Shown: positions 1-10,218 of the stretch, piece after piece | Layout of the letters: the number at the start of each line of letters is the position of its first letter | Numbering within the stretch: the first letter of the stretch is position 1 | DNA from: Alphaproteobacteria bacterium | GTDB taxonomy: Bacteria > Pseudomonadota > Alphaproteobacteria > SP197 | Length of the DNA: 64,000 nt | Reading direction: 5' to 3' | NCBI GenBank assembly: GCA_964291415.2 | Contig: OZ219918.1 | Coordinates: forward strand, 1,024,001-1,088,000 | Notes under the pieces: model-generated | The model's input: only the letters and a program-made list of their open reading frames with translations | What the model was told of the DNA's origin: nothing | Databases searched by the model: none | Translations under genes and position numbers: made by a program

Positions 1-25
1 CCAGTCGACCTTCGCACCCAGGGAA

Positions 26-1168
26 ATGGAGTTGCCGGTTCCGATCTCGGAAATCAGGCGGCCGACATTCCCGATCATTACGGTTTCTCTCGTCATCGCC
101 ATCGGCATCGCGGCAGCCTGGTATGTCTATCAGGAAAGCCGCTCCATCGATATCGATCTCATTCCCGAGGTCCCCGGGCCGGTTGCCGAAGGGATATCGC
201 TCGACGCCCCGGATGACGAGAGTTCGGCTGCCCCGGATGGTGACGCCGTGTTCACCACTGCCGGCAACGGGAACCCCGAAGCCGCCGCCGATGCGACGGG
301 CGCCACCGTGGAGCCGGTTGACGATACGGAGCGCGTGGCAGAGGCGCATGTTCCACCGGACACCCTCGGCACGACGGAGGACAGCAGTCCGGATGCCGGT
401 ATGGCGGACGTTGCGCCCGACAGCGAGGGAATGACCGGGGACGACGGTGCGGACGATGCCGTCGCCGTCGCGGACGCGGTTGTTCTCCCTGATACCGTTG
501 ACATCTCCGGGGACAGCAGTCACGACGCCGGCGATGGCGATGCGGCGGATGTCCTGCCCGACAGTGCTGAGGTGGCCGTGGACGGTGGTTCCGATGATGC
601 CGCCGCCGTTACCGAAGAGGTCGCTCTCCCTGACACCGCCGGCGCCTCCGGAGACGGCAGTCCGGATGCCGGCGATGAGGCTGCGACGGCGATTCCAGGC
701 GATGATGCGAACGACGCCGTCGAGGCGGGCCCGCCGGAAGACGATTCCGGCACGGCCATCGACGTGGCTCTCCAGGATGTTGCCGATGCCTCGGGTGAGG
801 AGACGTGGGACGAACCCGTGTTCGCCTCCGAGGACACCGTTCAGCAGACCGAGGTCGCCGATGGCGGGGAGACGGACAGTCAGCACACGGTTTACGGGAC
901 GCCGGGCGCCGGTTCCCGCATCGAGTTGCGTGCCATCGCCGAAACCTGGGTCCAGGTCACGGCGCCGGACGGTGTCGCCGTCCTCACCCATATCCTGCTG
1001 CCCGGGGATGTCTATCATGTGCCGGACCGCGATGATCTCATGCTCGATACCGGAAACGCCGGCGGCCTCGAGATACGGGTTGACGGAGCGCTGATGCCAT
1101 CGCTTGGTGGCGCCGGAGCCGTGGTGCGTGACGTCCTGTTGTCCGTCGAAAGCCTGGCCCGGCGCTGA
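26..1168 (+). CDS. rodZ: RodZ-like cytoskeleton/cell-shape protein; 5'-partial, N-terminal HTH probably upstream of the window
   Basis: Single TM helix, long acidic linker, C-terminal DUF4115-like domain (IELRA..TWVQV...[13 protein letters not shown]); directly upstream of ispG-hisS, the conserved context. Confidence 0.85.
   Translation: MELPVPISEIRRPTFPIITVSLVIAIGIAAAWYVYQESRSIDIDLIPEVPGPVAEGISLDAPDDESSAAPDGDAVFTTAGNGNPEAAADATGATVEPVDDTERVAEAHVPPDTLGTTEDSSPDAGMADVAPDSEGMTGDDGADDAVAVADAVVLPDTVDISGDSSHDAGDGDAADVLPDSAEVAVDGGSDDAAAVTEEVALPDTAGASGDGSPDAGDEAATAIPGDDANDAVEAGPPEDDSGTAIDVALQDVADASGEETWDEPVFASEDTVQQTEVADGGETDSQHTVYGTPGAGSRIELRAIAETWVQVTAPDGVAVLTHILLPGDVYHVPDRDDLMLDTGNAGGLEIRVDGALMPSLGGAGAVVRDVLLSVESLARR
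356..676 (+). repeat. Three degenerate intragenic repeats in the RodZ linker (PDT.....DSSPDAG-like)
   Basis: Related DNA units at ~356-400, ~488-535 and ~629-676 (gacagcagtccggatgccgg / gacagcagtcacgacgccgg / gacggcagtccggatgccgg). Confidence 0.7.
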
Positions 1169-1229
1169 TGACGCCTTTACTGGAAGGAGTGGGCGGAGTA
1201 TCAGTCAGGGACCAACCGGAACGCACACC

Positions 1230-2336
1230 ATGAAGGACATTCCGAGACCACCCAGGCGGCGCAGCAGGACCGTCATGGTGGGTCAGGTTGCGGTGGGGGG
1301 CGACGCGCCGATTGCCGTCCAGTCGATGACCAACACGCTCACCAGCGATGTTGAGGCGACATCCTCCCAGGTGAGCGCACTCGCTGTGGCCGGCGCCGAC
1401 ATCGTGCGCGTGTCGTGTCCCGACGAGGACTCGACGGCGGCCTTGCGCAAGGTGGTCTACGAATCACCGGTACCCCTGGTCGCCGATATCCACTTCCACT
1501 ACCGGCGCGCCATCGAGGCGGCCGAGGCCGGTGCGTCCTGTCTGCGCATCAATCCCGGCAACGTCGGCTCGAGCGATCGTGTGAGAGAGGTCGTCAAGGC
1601 GGCCCGGGACCACGGCTGTTCGATGAGAATTGGCGTCAATGCCGGCTCGCTGGAGCGCGACCTCCTTGAGAAGTTCGGCGGTGTCACGCCCGAGGCCATG
1701 GTCGAAAGCGCTCTCGGACACGCCCGTATTCTCGAGGACAACGACTTCCTTGACTTCAAGATCAGCGTCAAGGCGTCCGGCGTTGCGCTGGCTACCGCAG
1801 CCTACCGGATGCTGGCGGCGCAGTGCGACTATCCCCTTCATCTCGGTATCACCGAGGCTGGCGGTCTTGTCACCGGGACCGTCAAGTCATCGGTCGGAAT
1901 CGGCATGTTGCTTGCCGAGGGTATCGGCGACACCATCAGGGTGTCGCTTGCCGCTGACCCGGTCGAGGAGGTGGCTGTCGGCTGGGAGATCCTGAAGGCG
2001 CTGGACTTGCGACGTCGCGGTGTCAATGTCATTGCGTGCCCGTCGTGCGCCCGCCAGCAGTTCAATGTGCCGGAGACGGTCAAGCGCCTTGAGCAGCGCC
2101 TTGCGCATATCGAGACACCGATGTCGGTGTCGATCATCGGCTGTGTGGTGAACGGACCTGGCGAAGCGCGCCTTACCGACATCGGTCTGACCGGTGGAGG
2201 CAAGGGACATCACCTCGTCTACATGTCGGGAAAGGCCGATCACAAGGTGTCCACCGAGGATCTCGTCGAACACGTGGCCACGCTCGTGGAGCAGCGTGCC
2301 GAACAGCTTCGCCACGAAGCCGACGCCGGTGCCTGA
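1230..2336 (+). CDS. ispG: 4-hydroxy-3-methylbut-2-en-1-yl diphosphate synthase
   Basis: [33 protein letters not shown] and GCVVNGPGE motifs; start moved to ATG 1230. Confidence 0.97.
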   Translation: MKDIPRPPRRRSRTVMVGQVAVGGDAPIAVQSMTNTLTSDVEATSSQVSALAVAGADIVRVSCPDEDSTAALRKVVYESPVPLVADIHFHYRRAIEAAEAGASCLRINPGNVGSSDRVREVVKAARDHGCSMRIGVNAGSLERDLLEKFGGVTPEAMVESALGHARILEDNDFLDFKISVKASGVALATAAYRMLAAQCDYPLHLGITEAGGLVTGTVKSSVGIGMLLAEGIGDTIRVSLAADPVEEVAVGWEILKALDLRRRGVNVIACPSCARQQFNVPETVKRLEQRLAHIETPMSVSIIGCVVNGPGEARLTDIGLTGGGKGHHLVYMSGKADHKVSTEDLVEHVATLVEQRAEQLRHEADAGA

Positions 2337-2350
2337 ACGTCCGGGTTCCC

Positions 2351-3601
2351 ATGGGTGAAAAACTGCAGCCGATCCGGGGAACGCGGGATCTCCTGCCCGG
2401 AGACTGTCGAGCCTTCGCGCGTGTCGAGGAGGTCTGCCGCCGCGTTGCCGAGCGCTACGGCTATGGAGAGATTCGCACGCCGGTCCTCGAGGCCACGCAG
2501 GTGTTCTCCCGCACGCTCGGCGATGCGACCGATGTCGTTCAAAAGGAGATGTACACCTTCGACGACCGCAATGGCGACAGCATCACGCTGCGTCCCGAGA
2601 ACACGGCGGGTGTGGCCCGGGCACTGCTCTCCAACGGCCTGCTCGATGCCATGCCGCTCAGACTGCACTATGCCGGTGCGATGTTTCGCCACGAGCGCCC
2701 GCAAAAGGGCCGCTACCGTCAGTTTCACCAGACAGGGGTCGAACTCTTCGGTGTTCCAGAGCCCCTGGGCGACGTCGAGGTCATAACCCTGGCCCGCGAT
2801 GTTCTGGACGAACTCGGGCTTCTTCAGGACACGGTGCTCGAGATCAACACCCTGGGTGACGTGGCCAGCCGGCAGAACCACCTCAACGCCCTGACGGCGT
2901 ACTTCAACGATCACAAGAGCCGGCTGAGCGACATCTCGGTCAAGCGCCTCGAACGCAATCCCCTGCGTATTCTCGATTCGAAGGAGCCGGGTGACCAGGA
3001 CCTGATCGCCGATGCACCGGTCATCCTCGACTACCTCGGCGACGACGCTCGCCGCTTCTTCGATCAGGTGCTCGAAGGCCTCGACACCCTGTCGATTGCC
3101 CACGAGGTCAATCCCCGGATCGTTCGCGGGTTCGATTACTACTGTCACACCGCCTTCGAATTCGTGACGGGAAAGCTGGGCGCCCAGGGAACGGTGATCG
3201 GCGGCGGCCGTTACGATGGTCTGATGGAGCAGATGGGAGGACCTCCGGTCCCCGGTGTCGGCTGGGCGTCCGGAATTGAACGGCTTGCGCTGCTCGCCGG
3301 CGAGCCTCCCGAACCCCGGCGACCCATTGCCCTCATCGGCCTCGGCGAACCGTCCACCAGGAAGGCGCTTGTGCTGGCCCATCGGCTGCGCGGTCAGGGA
3401 TACCATGTCGATCTCGCATACCGGGGCAATCTGCGGCGGCGCATGCAACGCGCCCACAAGGCGGGGGCCAGCCACGCCGTCATCCTCGGCGATGCGGAAT
3501 TGACGCGCGGTGTCGCGCTGGTGCGCGATCTCGACAGCGGCGAACAGCATGAATGCTCCCTTGACCGCCTGGGAGAAGGTCTGCCACGCCCGGGTGCGTG
3601 A
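2351..3601 (+). CDS. hisS: Histidine--tRNA ligase
   Basis: KEMYTF, LRPENTA, FRHERPQKGRYRQF, RGFDYY, GGGRYDGL. Confidence 0.97.
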   Translation: MGEKLQPIRGTRDLLPGDCRAFARVEEVCRRVAERYGYGEIRTPVLEATQVFSRTLGDATDVVQKEMYTFDDRNGDSITLRPENTAGVARALLSNGLLDAMPLRLHYAGAMFRHERPQKGRYRQFHQTGVELFGVPEPLGDVEVITLARDVLDELGLLQDTVLEINTLGDVASRQNHLNALTAYFNDHKSRLSDISVKRLERNPLRILDSKEPGDQDLIADAPVILDYLGDDARRFFDQVLEGLDTLSIAHEVNPRIVRGFDYYCHTAFEFVTGKLGAQGTVIGGGRYDGLMEQMGGPPVPGVGWASGIERLALLAGEPPEPRRPIALIGLGEPSTRKALVLAHRLRGQGYHVDLAYRGNLRRRMQRAHKAGASHAVILGDAELTRGVALVRDLDSGEQHECSLDRLGEGLPRPGA

Positions 3602-4707
3602 CCATGGCGCACAAGACCCACATTTCGGTGGTCGTGACCGGACCGGCCTCGTTCCCGCGTCAGGGACATGAAGCGCTGTTGACGCGCCTGAGGGAAATCG
3701 GAGTCACCGAAGCCCTCGTCATGCGGACACCGGCGGGCATCGACCTTCACGTCATGGCGTCCGATGCCGAAGAGCTTCACGACCTCTTGAGGGCGTGTCT
3801 GGGAGAGGGCGACGGGTACGGGACGATGACCGGTACCGACGCCCTTCGCCGCCTTCTCCAGTCGGCCGCCCGGACAGGCGATCCGGTCCCTGCCGGCGCC
3901 ATCGACGAACTCAAGGAGGGCCACAGGCAGGCATGGCAGGCCGGCATGATCGGCGAGGCGATGCAGGATCGCCTCCAGCTTGCCTACCAGGTGGCTCGGC
4001 AGGTACGCCGCGACAACGTGCTCCAGGATCGCCCCGTGTCGATCGTATCGTCCGCAGTCCACGTCGCCCGGGGTATCCACGGCGACCTCGGGACGGTCCG
4101 CGGACTCCTCATCGGCACCGATGAAGCCGGTGAGATGATTGCCGCGCGACTCCTTGAGTGCGGTCTGGCGACGCTTGTGGTGATGCATGAGCGCCGTCAT
4201 CTGGCAGCCGCCCTTGCCGAGCGCCTCGGCGCGACAAGCGCCGTCACGGGGGATCTTGAAGCCGAACTCGTTCGTGCCGACATCGTCATCCTGTCTGCCG
4301 GCGGTGGTGAACACACCCTGACCGCAGCGGATGTCTCGAAGGCCCTGGCGGCGCGGCGTGCGCGCCCGGTCTTCCTTGTCGATGCCGGTGTTCCCCCTGA
4401 TGCCGATCCGGCGATCGAGTCGCTCGACGACGTGTTCTACTACACTCTCGACCACCTTGAACGCGCGGCCTTCGAGGGAGGACGCCGGCACCCGAAACAG
4501 GACGAAGCGGTTGCGGCCGTTGTCGAGAACGCCATCGCTTCATTTGCCGGGCATGTGTCCGGCGGCGGCGACGCGCCGGGGACGGGACGGATCAGACAGA
4601 TCCTCGAGAACGCCCGCGGCAGGGTCCTTGCCGAGACTCCCGATGCTGACGCCTTCGAGGCGACAGCCGCCCTGGTCGACATTGTTGCCCGTGAGATCGA
4701 CACATGA
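3598..4707 (+). CDS. Glutamyl-tRNA reductase-like protein with degenerate catalytic motifs
   Basis: Lies between hisS and prfA (hemA-prfA-prmC synteny). HemA-like segments (PVSIVSSAV, L..ADIVI, RRARPVFLVDAGVPPD.DP...LDDVFYYTLDHLE) are present, but the TC[N/D]R and GExQILGQ motifs are absent. Confidence 0.75.
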   Translation: MTMAHKTHISVVVTGPASFPRQGHEALLTRLREIGVTEALVMRTPAGIDLHVMASDAEELHDLLRACLGEGDGYGTMTGTDALRRLLQSAARTGDPVPAGAIDELKEGHRQAWQAGMIGEAMQDRLQLAYQVARQVRRDNVLQDRPVSIVSSAVHVARGIHGDLGTVRGLLIGTDEAGEMIAARLLECGLATLVVMHERRHLAAALAERLGATSAVTGDLEAELVRADIVILSAGGGEHTLTAADVSKALAARRARPVFLVDAGVPPDADPAIESLDDVFYYTLDHLERAAFEGGRRHPKQDEAVAAVVENAIASFAGHVSGGGDAPGTGRIRQILENARGRVLAETPDADAFEATAALVDIVAREIDT

Positions 4708-5774
4708 GCCTGGAAGACAGTCTCGCGAAGGTCGTCCTGCGCCATGCCGAACTGGCGGCGCGCCTCAGCGGAGAAACGCCCGGAGCAGAGGAGTACGTCA
4801 GCATGTCACGGGAGTATGCGGAACTCGCTCCCGTGGTGGAGGCCGTCCAGGCGCTTGCAAACGCCAGGCAACAGGGCGTCGATCTCGCCGCCATGATCGA
4901 CAGCGAGACAGACGAGGAGATGCGCCAGCTCGCCCGGGAGGAACACGCGGCTGTAGGCGCCCGCATTTCCGAACTCGAACAGTCGGTTCGCCTCGCCCTG
5001 CTTCCGCGCGACGAGGCGGACGGACGCGACGTCGTTCTCGAGGTGCGCGCCGGCACCGGGGGAGAGGAAGCGATGCTGTTTGCCGGTGTTCTGGTGGAGA
5101 TGTATCGCCGGTATGCCATGACCCGGAGCTGGACATTCGAGGTTGTCGGCAAGACAACATCCAGCACCGGTGGAATCAGGGAGTGCGTCGCCCTGGTTCG
5201 CGGACGCGACGTGTTCGCCCGGTTGAAGTTCGAATCCGGCGTTCACCGGGTACAGCGGGTCCCGACAACGGAATCGCAGGGACGGATCCACACGTCGACG
5301 GCCACCGTCGCGATTCTGCCCGAAGCAGCGGAGGTTGATGTCACGATTGACGCCAACGACCTCCGGATCGACACGTTCCGGGCGTCGGGAGCGGGCGGTC
5401 AGCACGTCAACAAGACGGACAGCGCCGTCAGGATCACGCACCTTCCCACCGGCATCGTGGTGTCGCAACAGAGCGACCGGTCCCAGCACAAGAACCGAGC
5501 CAGGGCCATGACCGTTCTGAGATCCCGCCTCTATGATCTGGAGCGGCGGCAGCGCGATGCCGCAGAAGCGCGGGCCCGCAGGGAGCAGGTGGGCAGCGGT
5601 GACCGTTCGGAACGCATCCGGACCTACAACTATCCCCAGGGACGCATCAGCGACCACCGGATCAATCTCACGCTCTTCAAGCTCGAGGACGTCGTTTCCG
5701 GTCAAGCTCTCGATGAGGTCATCGAACCGCTGATTTCCAGCGACCGGGCGGCGCGGTTGGCGGCGCTTGGCTGA
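4704..5774 (+). CDS. prfA: Peptide chain release factor 1
   Basis: GGQ motif (GAGGQHVN), PxT specificity motif (VQRVPTTE), ERIRTYNYPQGR. Confidence 0.97.
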   Translation: MSLEDSLAKVVLRHAELAARLSGETPGAEEYVSMSREYAELAPVVEAVQALANARQQGVDLAAMIDSETDEEMRQLAREEHAAVGARISELEQSVRLALLPRDEADGRDVVLEVRAGTGGEEAMLFAGVLVEMYRRYAMTRSWTFEVVGKTTSSTGGIRECVALVRGRDVFARLKFESGVHRVQRVPTTESQGRIHTSTATVAILPEAAEVDVTIDANDLRIDTFRASGAGGQHVNKTDSAVRITHLPTGIVVSQQSDRSQHKNRARAMTVLRSRLYDLERRQRDAAEARARREQVGSGDRSERIRTYNYPQGRISDHRINLTLFKLEDVVSGQALDEVIEPLISSDRAARLAALG

Positions 5775-6657
5775 GGTGACGTCGGTCAGCCTTGTCGACG
5801 CCCTGCGGGGAGCGACAGCGACGCTGCGTGCCGCCGGCGTCGAAAACCCTGCCAGGGAGGCCCGGCTTCTGGCGGAGCTTGTCGTCGGCCGCGATGACCC
5901 GCGGCAGCTTTCTCCCGGGGAAGACCGCCATCTCGCCACCCTGGTCGCCCGGCGGGCGGAGCGTGTGCCCTTCGCGCGGATCGCCGGAGTGCGCGAATTC
6001 TGGAGCCTCGATTTCGAGATCACGAAGGACACGCTGATCCCGCGTCCGGACAGCGAAACGCTGATCGAATGCTGCCTTGACCGCTTTGAACATCACCCGC
6101 CGGCACGCATCCTCGATCTTGGCACCGGATCGGGATGTCTCATTGTCACGCTCCTGGTGGCCTGGACCGGAAGTTCGGGAATCGGCGTCGACGTCAACGA
6201 GCGGGCGTGTGCCGTGGCGGCCCGCAACGTGCGCCGCCACGGTGTCGACGATCGTGCCTGGATCATGTGTGGAGACTGGGCTGGTGCCCTCGATTCGACA
6301 TTTGACCTTGTCGTCGCCAATCCCCCCTATGTGCCGAGGTGCGACCTGGCCGGCCTTGACCCGGAGGTCGCCCTTCATGAGCCTCGACTGGCCATTGATG
6401 GCGGCGCGGACGGATACGCCTGCTATCGCCGCGTTGTGCCGCGCCTGCCGACACTTCTGTCGCGACACGGCATGGCCGTCATGGAACATGGCCCCGACCA
6501 GCGGGACGGACTCGCGGTTCTCGCCGGTGACCACGGTCTTGTGGTGGCGGGGACGGCCGACGACTACGGCGGGCGGCACCGTGTCCTTCTTCTGGCGCAT
6601 CGAGACCCGTGGAGAAAGTCCTTGGAAAGCGCTACCGGATTGGTTACCGTCAGGTGA
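5767..6657 (+). CDS. prmC: Release factor glutamine methyltransferase
   Basis: LIPRPDSE, LDLGTGSG, NPPY; overlaps the prfA stop. Confidence 0.95.
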   Translation: MAEVTSVSLVDALRGATATLRAAGVENPAREARLLAELVVGRDDPRQLSPGEDRHLATLVARRAERVPFARIAGVREFWSLDFEITKDTLIPRPDSETLIECCLDRFEHHPPARILDLGTGSGCLIVTLLVAWTGSSGIGVDVNERACAVAARNVRRHGVDDRAWIMCGDWAGALDSTFDLVVANPPYVPRCDLAGLDPEVALHEPRLAIDGGADGYACYRRVVPRLPTLLSRHGMAVMEHGPDQRDGLAVLAGDHGLVVAGTADDYGGRHRVLLLAHRDPWRKSLESATGLVTVR

Positions 6658-6796
6658 CGGAAGAGGAATTCCCGTCAGCGGGAATGTGCGTTACCTTCGA
6701 GAGCGGAACCGGAATGACCCCGCGGAACAGCGAACGCACGCACCCCGCAGGGCCGTCGCTTCCAACCAAACAGAAACCGTCGAGAGCGAGTTTTCC

Positions 6797-7309
6797 ATGA
6801 GATCAGGTGGATCGGGCAGGCGTTTCCGCAACAATCGCGGCAATGCGCGTCGTGCCGGAGGAAACAACCGCAACCAGTCATTCGAAAGTACCGGCCCGGA
6901 CGTCAAGGTACGGGGGACAGCCCAGCAGATTGCCGACAGGTACCTCATGCTGGCGCGAGACGCATCCTCATCCGGTGATCTGGTGGTGGCAGAAAACTGC
7001 CTGCAGCACGCAGAGCACTATCAGAGAATAGTCAATCAGCATGCCGAGCGCGCCGCCGAACAGCAGCGTGAACGCGAGGAGCGGGCCGAACGGCAGCATC
7101 GCCCGCCGGACGACCAGCCCCAGGGGGATTCGGCGGTGTCCGGCTCGCCGGCCCCTGACAACGAGGCCTCTGCGCAACTCCATGGCAACGTGGTCGAGAA
7201 GGGGAACGATCAGCCCCGGCCGCGAACCCGGCGCAGAACCAACGGCGCCGGAGCCGATGACGAGCCCACACCGGCCACACCCGAAAGCGAGCAGCGGGTC
7301 ATAACCTGA
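6797..7309 (+). CDS. DUF4167 domain protein
   Basis: FESTGPDVKVRGTAQQIADRYLMLARDA..SGD.V.AEN..QHAEHY.R; typical position between prmC and clpB in Alphaproteobacteria. Confidence 0.9.
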   Translation: MRSGGSGRRFRNNRGNARRAGGNNRNQSFESTGPDVKVRGTAQQIADRYLMLARDASSSGDLVVAENCLQHAEHYQRIVNQHAERAAEQQREREERAERQHRPPDDQPQGDSAVSGSPAPDNEASAQLHGNVVEKGNDQPRPRTRRRTNGAGADDEPTPATPESEQRVIT

Positions 7310-7390
7310 CAGGGTGCCTGCCCCCCGTCATTCCTCAAGGACTTCTGAATCTCCTCCCCATCCGGGAGCCCCGGCCATTCCTCAGGACCT

Positions 7391-7418
7391 CTTGTGTTGC
7401 ACAAATGCAACACTACAT
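7391..7418 (+). promoter_or_regulatory. Putative sigma32-type promoter of clpB overlapped by an 8-bp inverted repeat
   Basis: CTTG (7391) ... CTACAT (7413-7418); GTGTTGCA-caaa-TGCAACAC at 7394-7413. Confidence 0.5.
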
Positions 7419-7446
7419 GGGATGCAGGTCACAGGGATGATGGTCG

Positions 7447-10041
7447 ATGGATCTTGAGAAGTTCACGGAGAGGTCGCGGGGATTCATTCAGGCGGCCCAC
7501 AGCCTCGCCGAGGCAAGGGGCCACCAGCACATCGTACCCTGCCATCTGGCCAGGGAGCTTCTCTCCGATCGCCAGGGGCTTGCGGCGGAACTGATGCGGG
7601 CCGCCGGCGCCGACCCGGAAAGGGCGCTGGCCGACACCGACAAGGCGCTCCAGCGCCTGCCGAGAATCACCGGTAGCGGCGCGGCACATCTCTACGCATC
7701 TCCGGAGTTCCTCCAGGTCATCAAGGACGCCGGCAAGCGCGCCGCGGAAACCGGCGACAGCTTTGTCACCGCCGAACGCATGTTCGAGGTCCTGGCCAGT
7801 CCTGACAGCGACACGGGGAGAATCCTCGCCGCAGCCGGACTGACACCCGCCGCACTGGCCACGGCCATCGCCGGCATGCGCAAGGGTCGCACCGCCGACA
7901 GCCAGACGGCCGAGGATTCCTTCGAGGCTCTTCGCAAGTATGCCCGGGATCTGACGGCGGCGGCCCGGGAAGGCGACCTCGATCCGGTTATCGGCCGTGA
8001 CGAGGAGATTCGCCGAACCATGCAGGTGCTGTCCCGCCGGACCAAGAACAACCCGGTGCTGATCGGCGAGCCGGGGGTGGGAAAGACGGCCATCGTCGAG
8101 GGTCTGGCCCAGCGCATCGTCAACCACGATGTACCGGAATCCCTTGCCAACCGGACCGTGATTGCCCTCGACCTGGGGTCGATGGTCGCCGGATCGAAGT
8201 TCCGGGGAGAGTTCGAGGAGCGCATGAAGGCGGTTCTCCGGGAGATCGAGGATTCGTCGGGTGACATCATCTGTTTCATCGACGAGCTTCACACCCTCGT
8301 CGGCGCCGGAGCGGCGGATGGCGCGATGGATGCCTCCAACCTGCTGAAGCCTCTCCTGGCGCGCGGCAAGCTCCACTGCGTCGGCGCCACGACTCTCGAC
8401 GAGTACCGCAAGCACATCGAGAAGGACGCGGCGCTCGCGCGCCGTTTTCAGCCGGTCCTGATCGATGAACCGGGGGTCGAGGCCACGGTCTCCATCCTTC
8501 GCGGTCTCAAGGAAAAGTACGAACTGCACCACGGCGTCAGAATCAGCGACGGTGCGACGGTCGCTGCGGCGCGGCTCTCCAGCCGCTACATCACGGACCG
8601 CTTTCTGCCTGACAAGGCCATTGACCTCATCGACGAAGCAGCCAGCAGGCTGAGGATGGAGATCGACTCCAGGCCCGAGGAGATCGACGAGCTCGAGCGC
8701 CGCATCATCCAGCTCAAGATCGAACGCGAGGCTCTTGGACGGGAGGATGACCGGGTATCGCGTGAGCGCCTCGAACGCCTCGAGCGGGAGCTCGCCGATC
8801 TGGAAGGCCGCGCCTTTGCGCTCAACGCCGAGTGGATGAAGGAGCGGGACCGTCTCGAGGAGATGCGCCATCTCAAGGAAGGCCTCGACGAGGCCCGCCT
8901 GGAACTCGAACAGGTGCAGCGCCAGGGTGATCTCGCCCGTGCCGGCGAGGTTGCCTACAGCGTGATACCCGACCTCGAGCGCCGCCTTGCGGCCATCGGG
9001 GAAGCGGAGAGCGACCAGATGCCCGGCGAGGAGGTCACGGAGGAAGCCATCGCGTCGGTGGTGTCGAAGTGGACCGGTATACCCGTGGAGCGTATGCTCG
9101 AAGGCGAGCGCGAACGGCTGGTCGACATGGAGCGCTCGCTTTCGGCCCGCGTGGTCGGCCAGGACGAGGCGCTCGGCGTCGTCGCCAACGCCGTGCGGCG
9201 ATCGCGCGCCGGACTGCAGGATCCCTCGCGGCCGATCGGCAGCTTCATGTTTCTTGGTCCCACTGGAGTGGGCAAGACGGAACTCGTCAAGGCCCTTGCC
9301 GAGTTCCTGTTCGATGATGAATCCGCGATGGTGCGCATCGACATGTCCGAATACATGGAGAAGCACGCCGTCGCGAGGCTGATCGGGGCGCCCCCGGGCT
9401 ATGTCGGGTACGAGGAGGGCGGCGTCCTGACCGAGGCGGTACGCCGCCGTCCCTACCGCGTGGTGCTCTTCGACGAGATCGAGAAGGCGCACGCGGATGT
9501 CTTCAACATCCTCCTGCAGGTTCTCGACGACGGCCGCCTGACGGATGGTCACGGTCGTACAGTTGATTTCAGGAACACGGTGATCGTCATGACGTCCAAC
9601 ACCGGAGCCGGCTACCTTGCGGACATCTCGGGCGACGGAGACGACGAAAGGGCGAGGGACCTGGTGATGGCGGAACTCCGGACGCAATTCCGGCCGGAAT
9701 TCCTCAACCGGCCGGACGAGATCATCTTCTTTCGCCGGCTTGGCCGCGAGCAGATGTCCGCCATCGTCGACATCCAGCTTCGCCGCGTCGGCGCGTTGCT
9801 CGCGGACCGCACCATCACCATCGATGTCGATGAGGGGGCGCGTGAATGGCTTGCCGGGGCAGGGTACGACCCGGTCAACGGCGCCCGCCCGCTCAAGCGG
9901 GTGTTGCAGCGCGCCCTGCAGGATCCTCTCGCGTCCCTGATTCTCAAGGGCGACGTCGCCGACGGTTCGGTCGTCAGGGTGACTGCCGATGCCTCGGGCC
10001 TGGTGATCGAGCCCGGTGCCGCTCTCTTCGAGGCGGCCTGA
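7447..10041 (+). CDS. clpB: ATP-dependent chaperone ClpB
   Basis: Two AAA modules ([16 protein letters not shown]), long coiled-coil middle domain, [13 protein letters not shown]. Confidence 0.98.
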   Translation: MDLEKFTERSRGFIQAAHSLAEARGHQHIVPCHLARELLSDRQGLAAELMRAAGADPERALADTDKALQRLPRITGSGAAHLYASPEFLQVIKDAGKRAAETGDSFVTAERMFEVLASPDSDTGRILAAAGLTPAALATAIAGMRKGRTADSQTAEDSFEALRKYARDLTAAAREGDLDPVIGRDEEIRRTMQVLSRRTKNNPVLIGEPGVGKTAIVEGLAQRIVNHDVPESLANRTVIALDLGSMVAGSKFRGEFEERMKAVLREIEDSSGDIICFIDELHTLVGAGAADGAMDASNLLKPLLARGKLHCVGATTLDEYRKHIEKDAALARRFQPVLIDEPGVEATVSILRGLKEKYELHHGVRISDGATVAAARLSSRYITDRFLPDKAIDLIDEAASRLRMEIDSRPEEIDELERRIIQLKIEREALGREDDRVSRERLERLERELADLEGRAFALNAEWMKERDRLEEMRHLKEGLDEARLELEQVQRQGDLARAGEVAYSVIPDLERRLAAIGEAESDQMPGEEVTEEAIASVVSKWTGIPVERMLEGERERLVDMERSLSARVVGQDEALGVVANAVRRSRAGLQDPSRPIGSFMFLGPTGVGKTELVKALAEFLFDDESAMVRIDMSEYMEKHAVARLIGAPPGYVGYEEGGVLTEAVRRRPYRVVLFDEIEKAHADVFNILLQVLDDGRLTDGHGRTVDFRNTVIVMTSNTGAGYLADISGDGDDERARDLVMAELRTQFRPEFLNRPDEIIFFRRLGREQMSAIVDIQLRRVGALLADRTITIDVDEGAREWLAGAGYDPVNGARPLKRVLQRALQDPLASLILKGDVADGSVVRVTADASGLVIEPGAALFEAA

Positions 10042-10174
10042 ACTCCCGCCGGACGGCCTTGACACGCCCGGTGAGACAGGGAGACGCCGGTCTCCCGAGC
10101 GGGCGCGCGGCGACCAGGACAAGGGGCGTCTTCGACGGCAAGGATCCGGCGATCATGGAGCTGAATCCACACAC

Positions 10175-10203
10175 CCGGGGTCGCACTCGGTTGCCGACCC
10201 CGG
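10175..10203. terminator. GC-rich hairpin between convergent genes
   Basis: CCGGGGTCG-N11-CGACCCCGG; no clear U tract. Confidence 0.4.
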
Positions 10204-10218
10204 CATTCGTGCTCGCGC

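Noticed and set aside
9705-9722. ClpB NRPDEI instead of NR[L/V/I]DEI
   Set aside because: Single residue change, possibly a base-call error; the gene is otherwise intact
7429-10122. 897-aa antisense ORF over clpB, and similar long antisense ORFs over hisS, prfA, the decarboxylases and the opp genes
   Set aside because: Shadow ORFs expected from high-GC codon bias; no motifs, and they fully overlap well-supported genes
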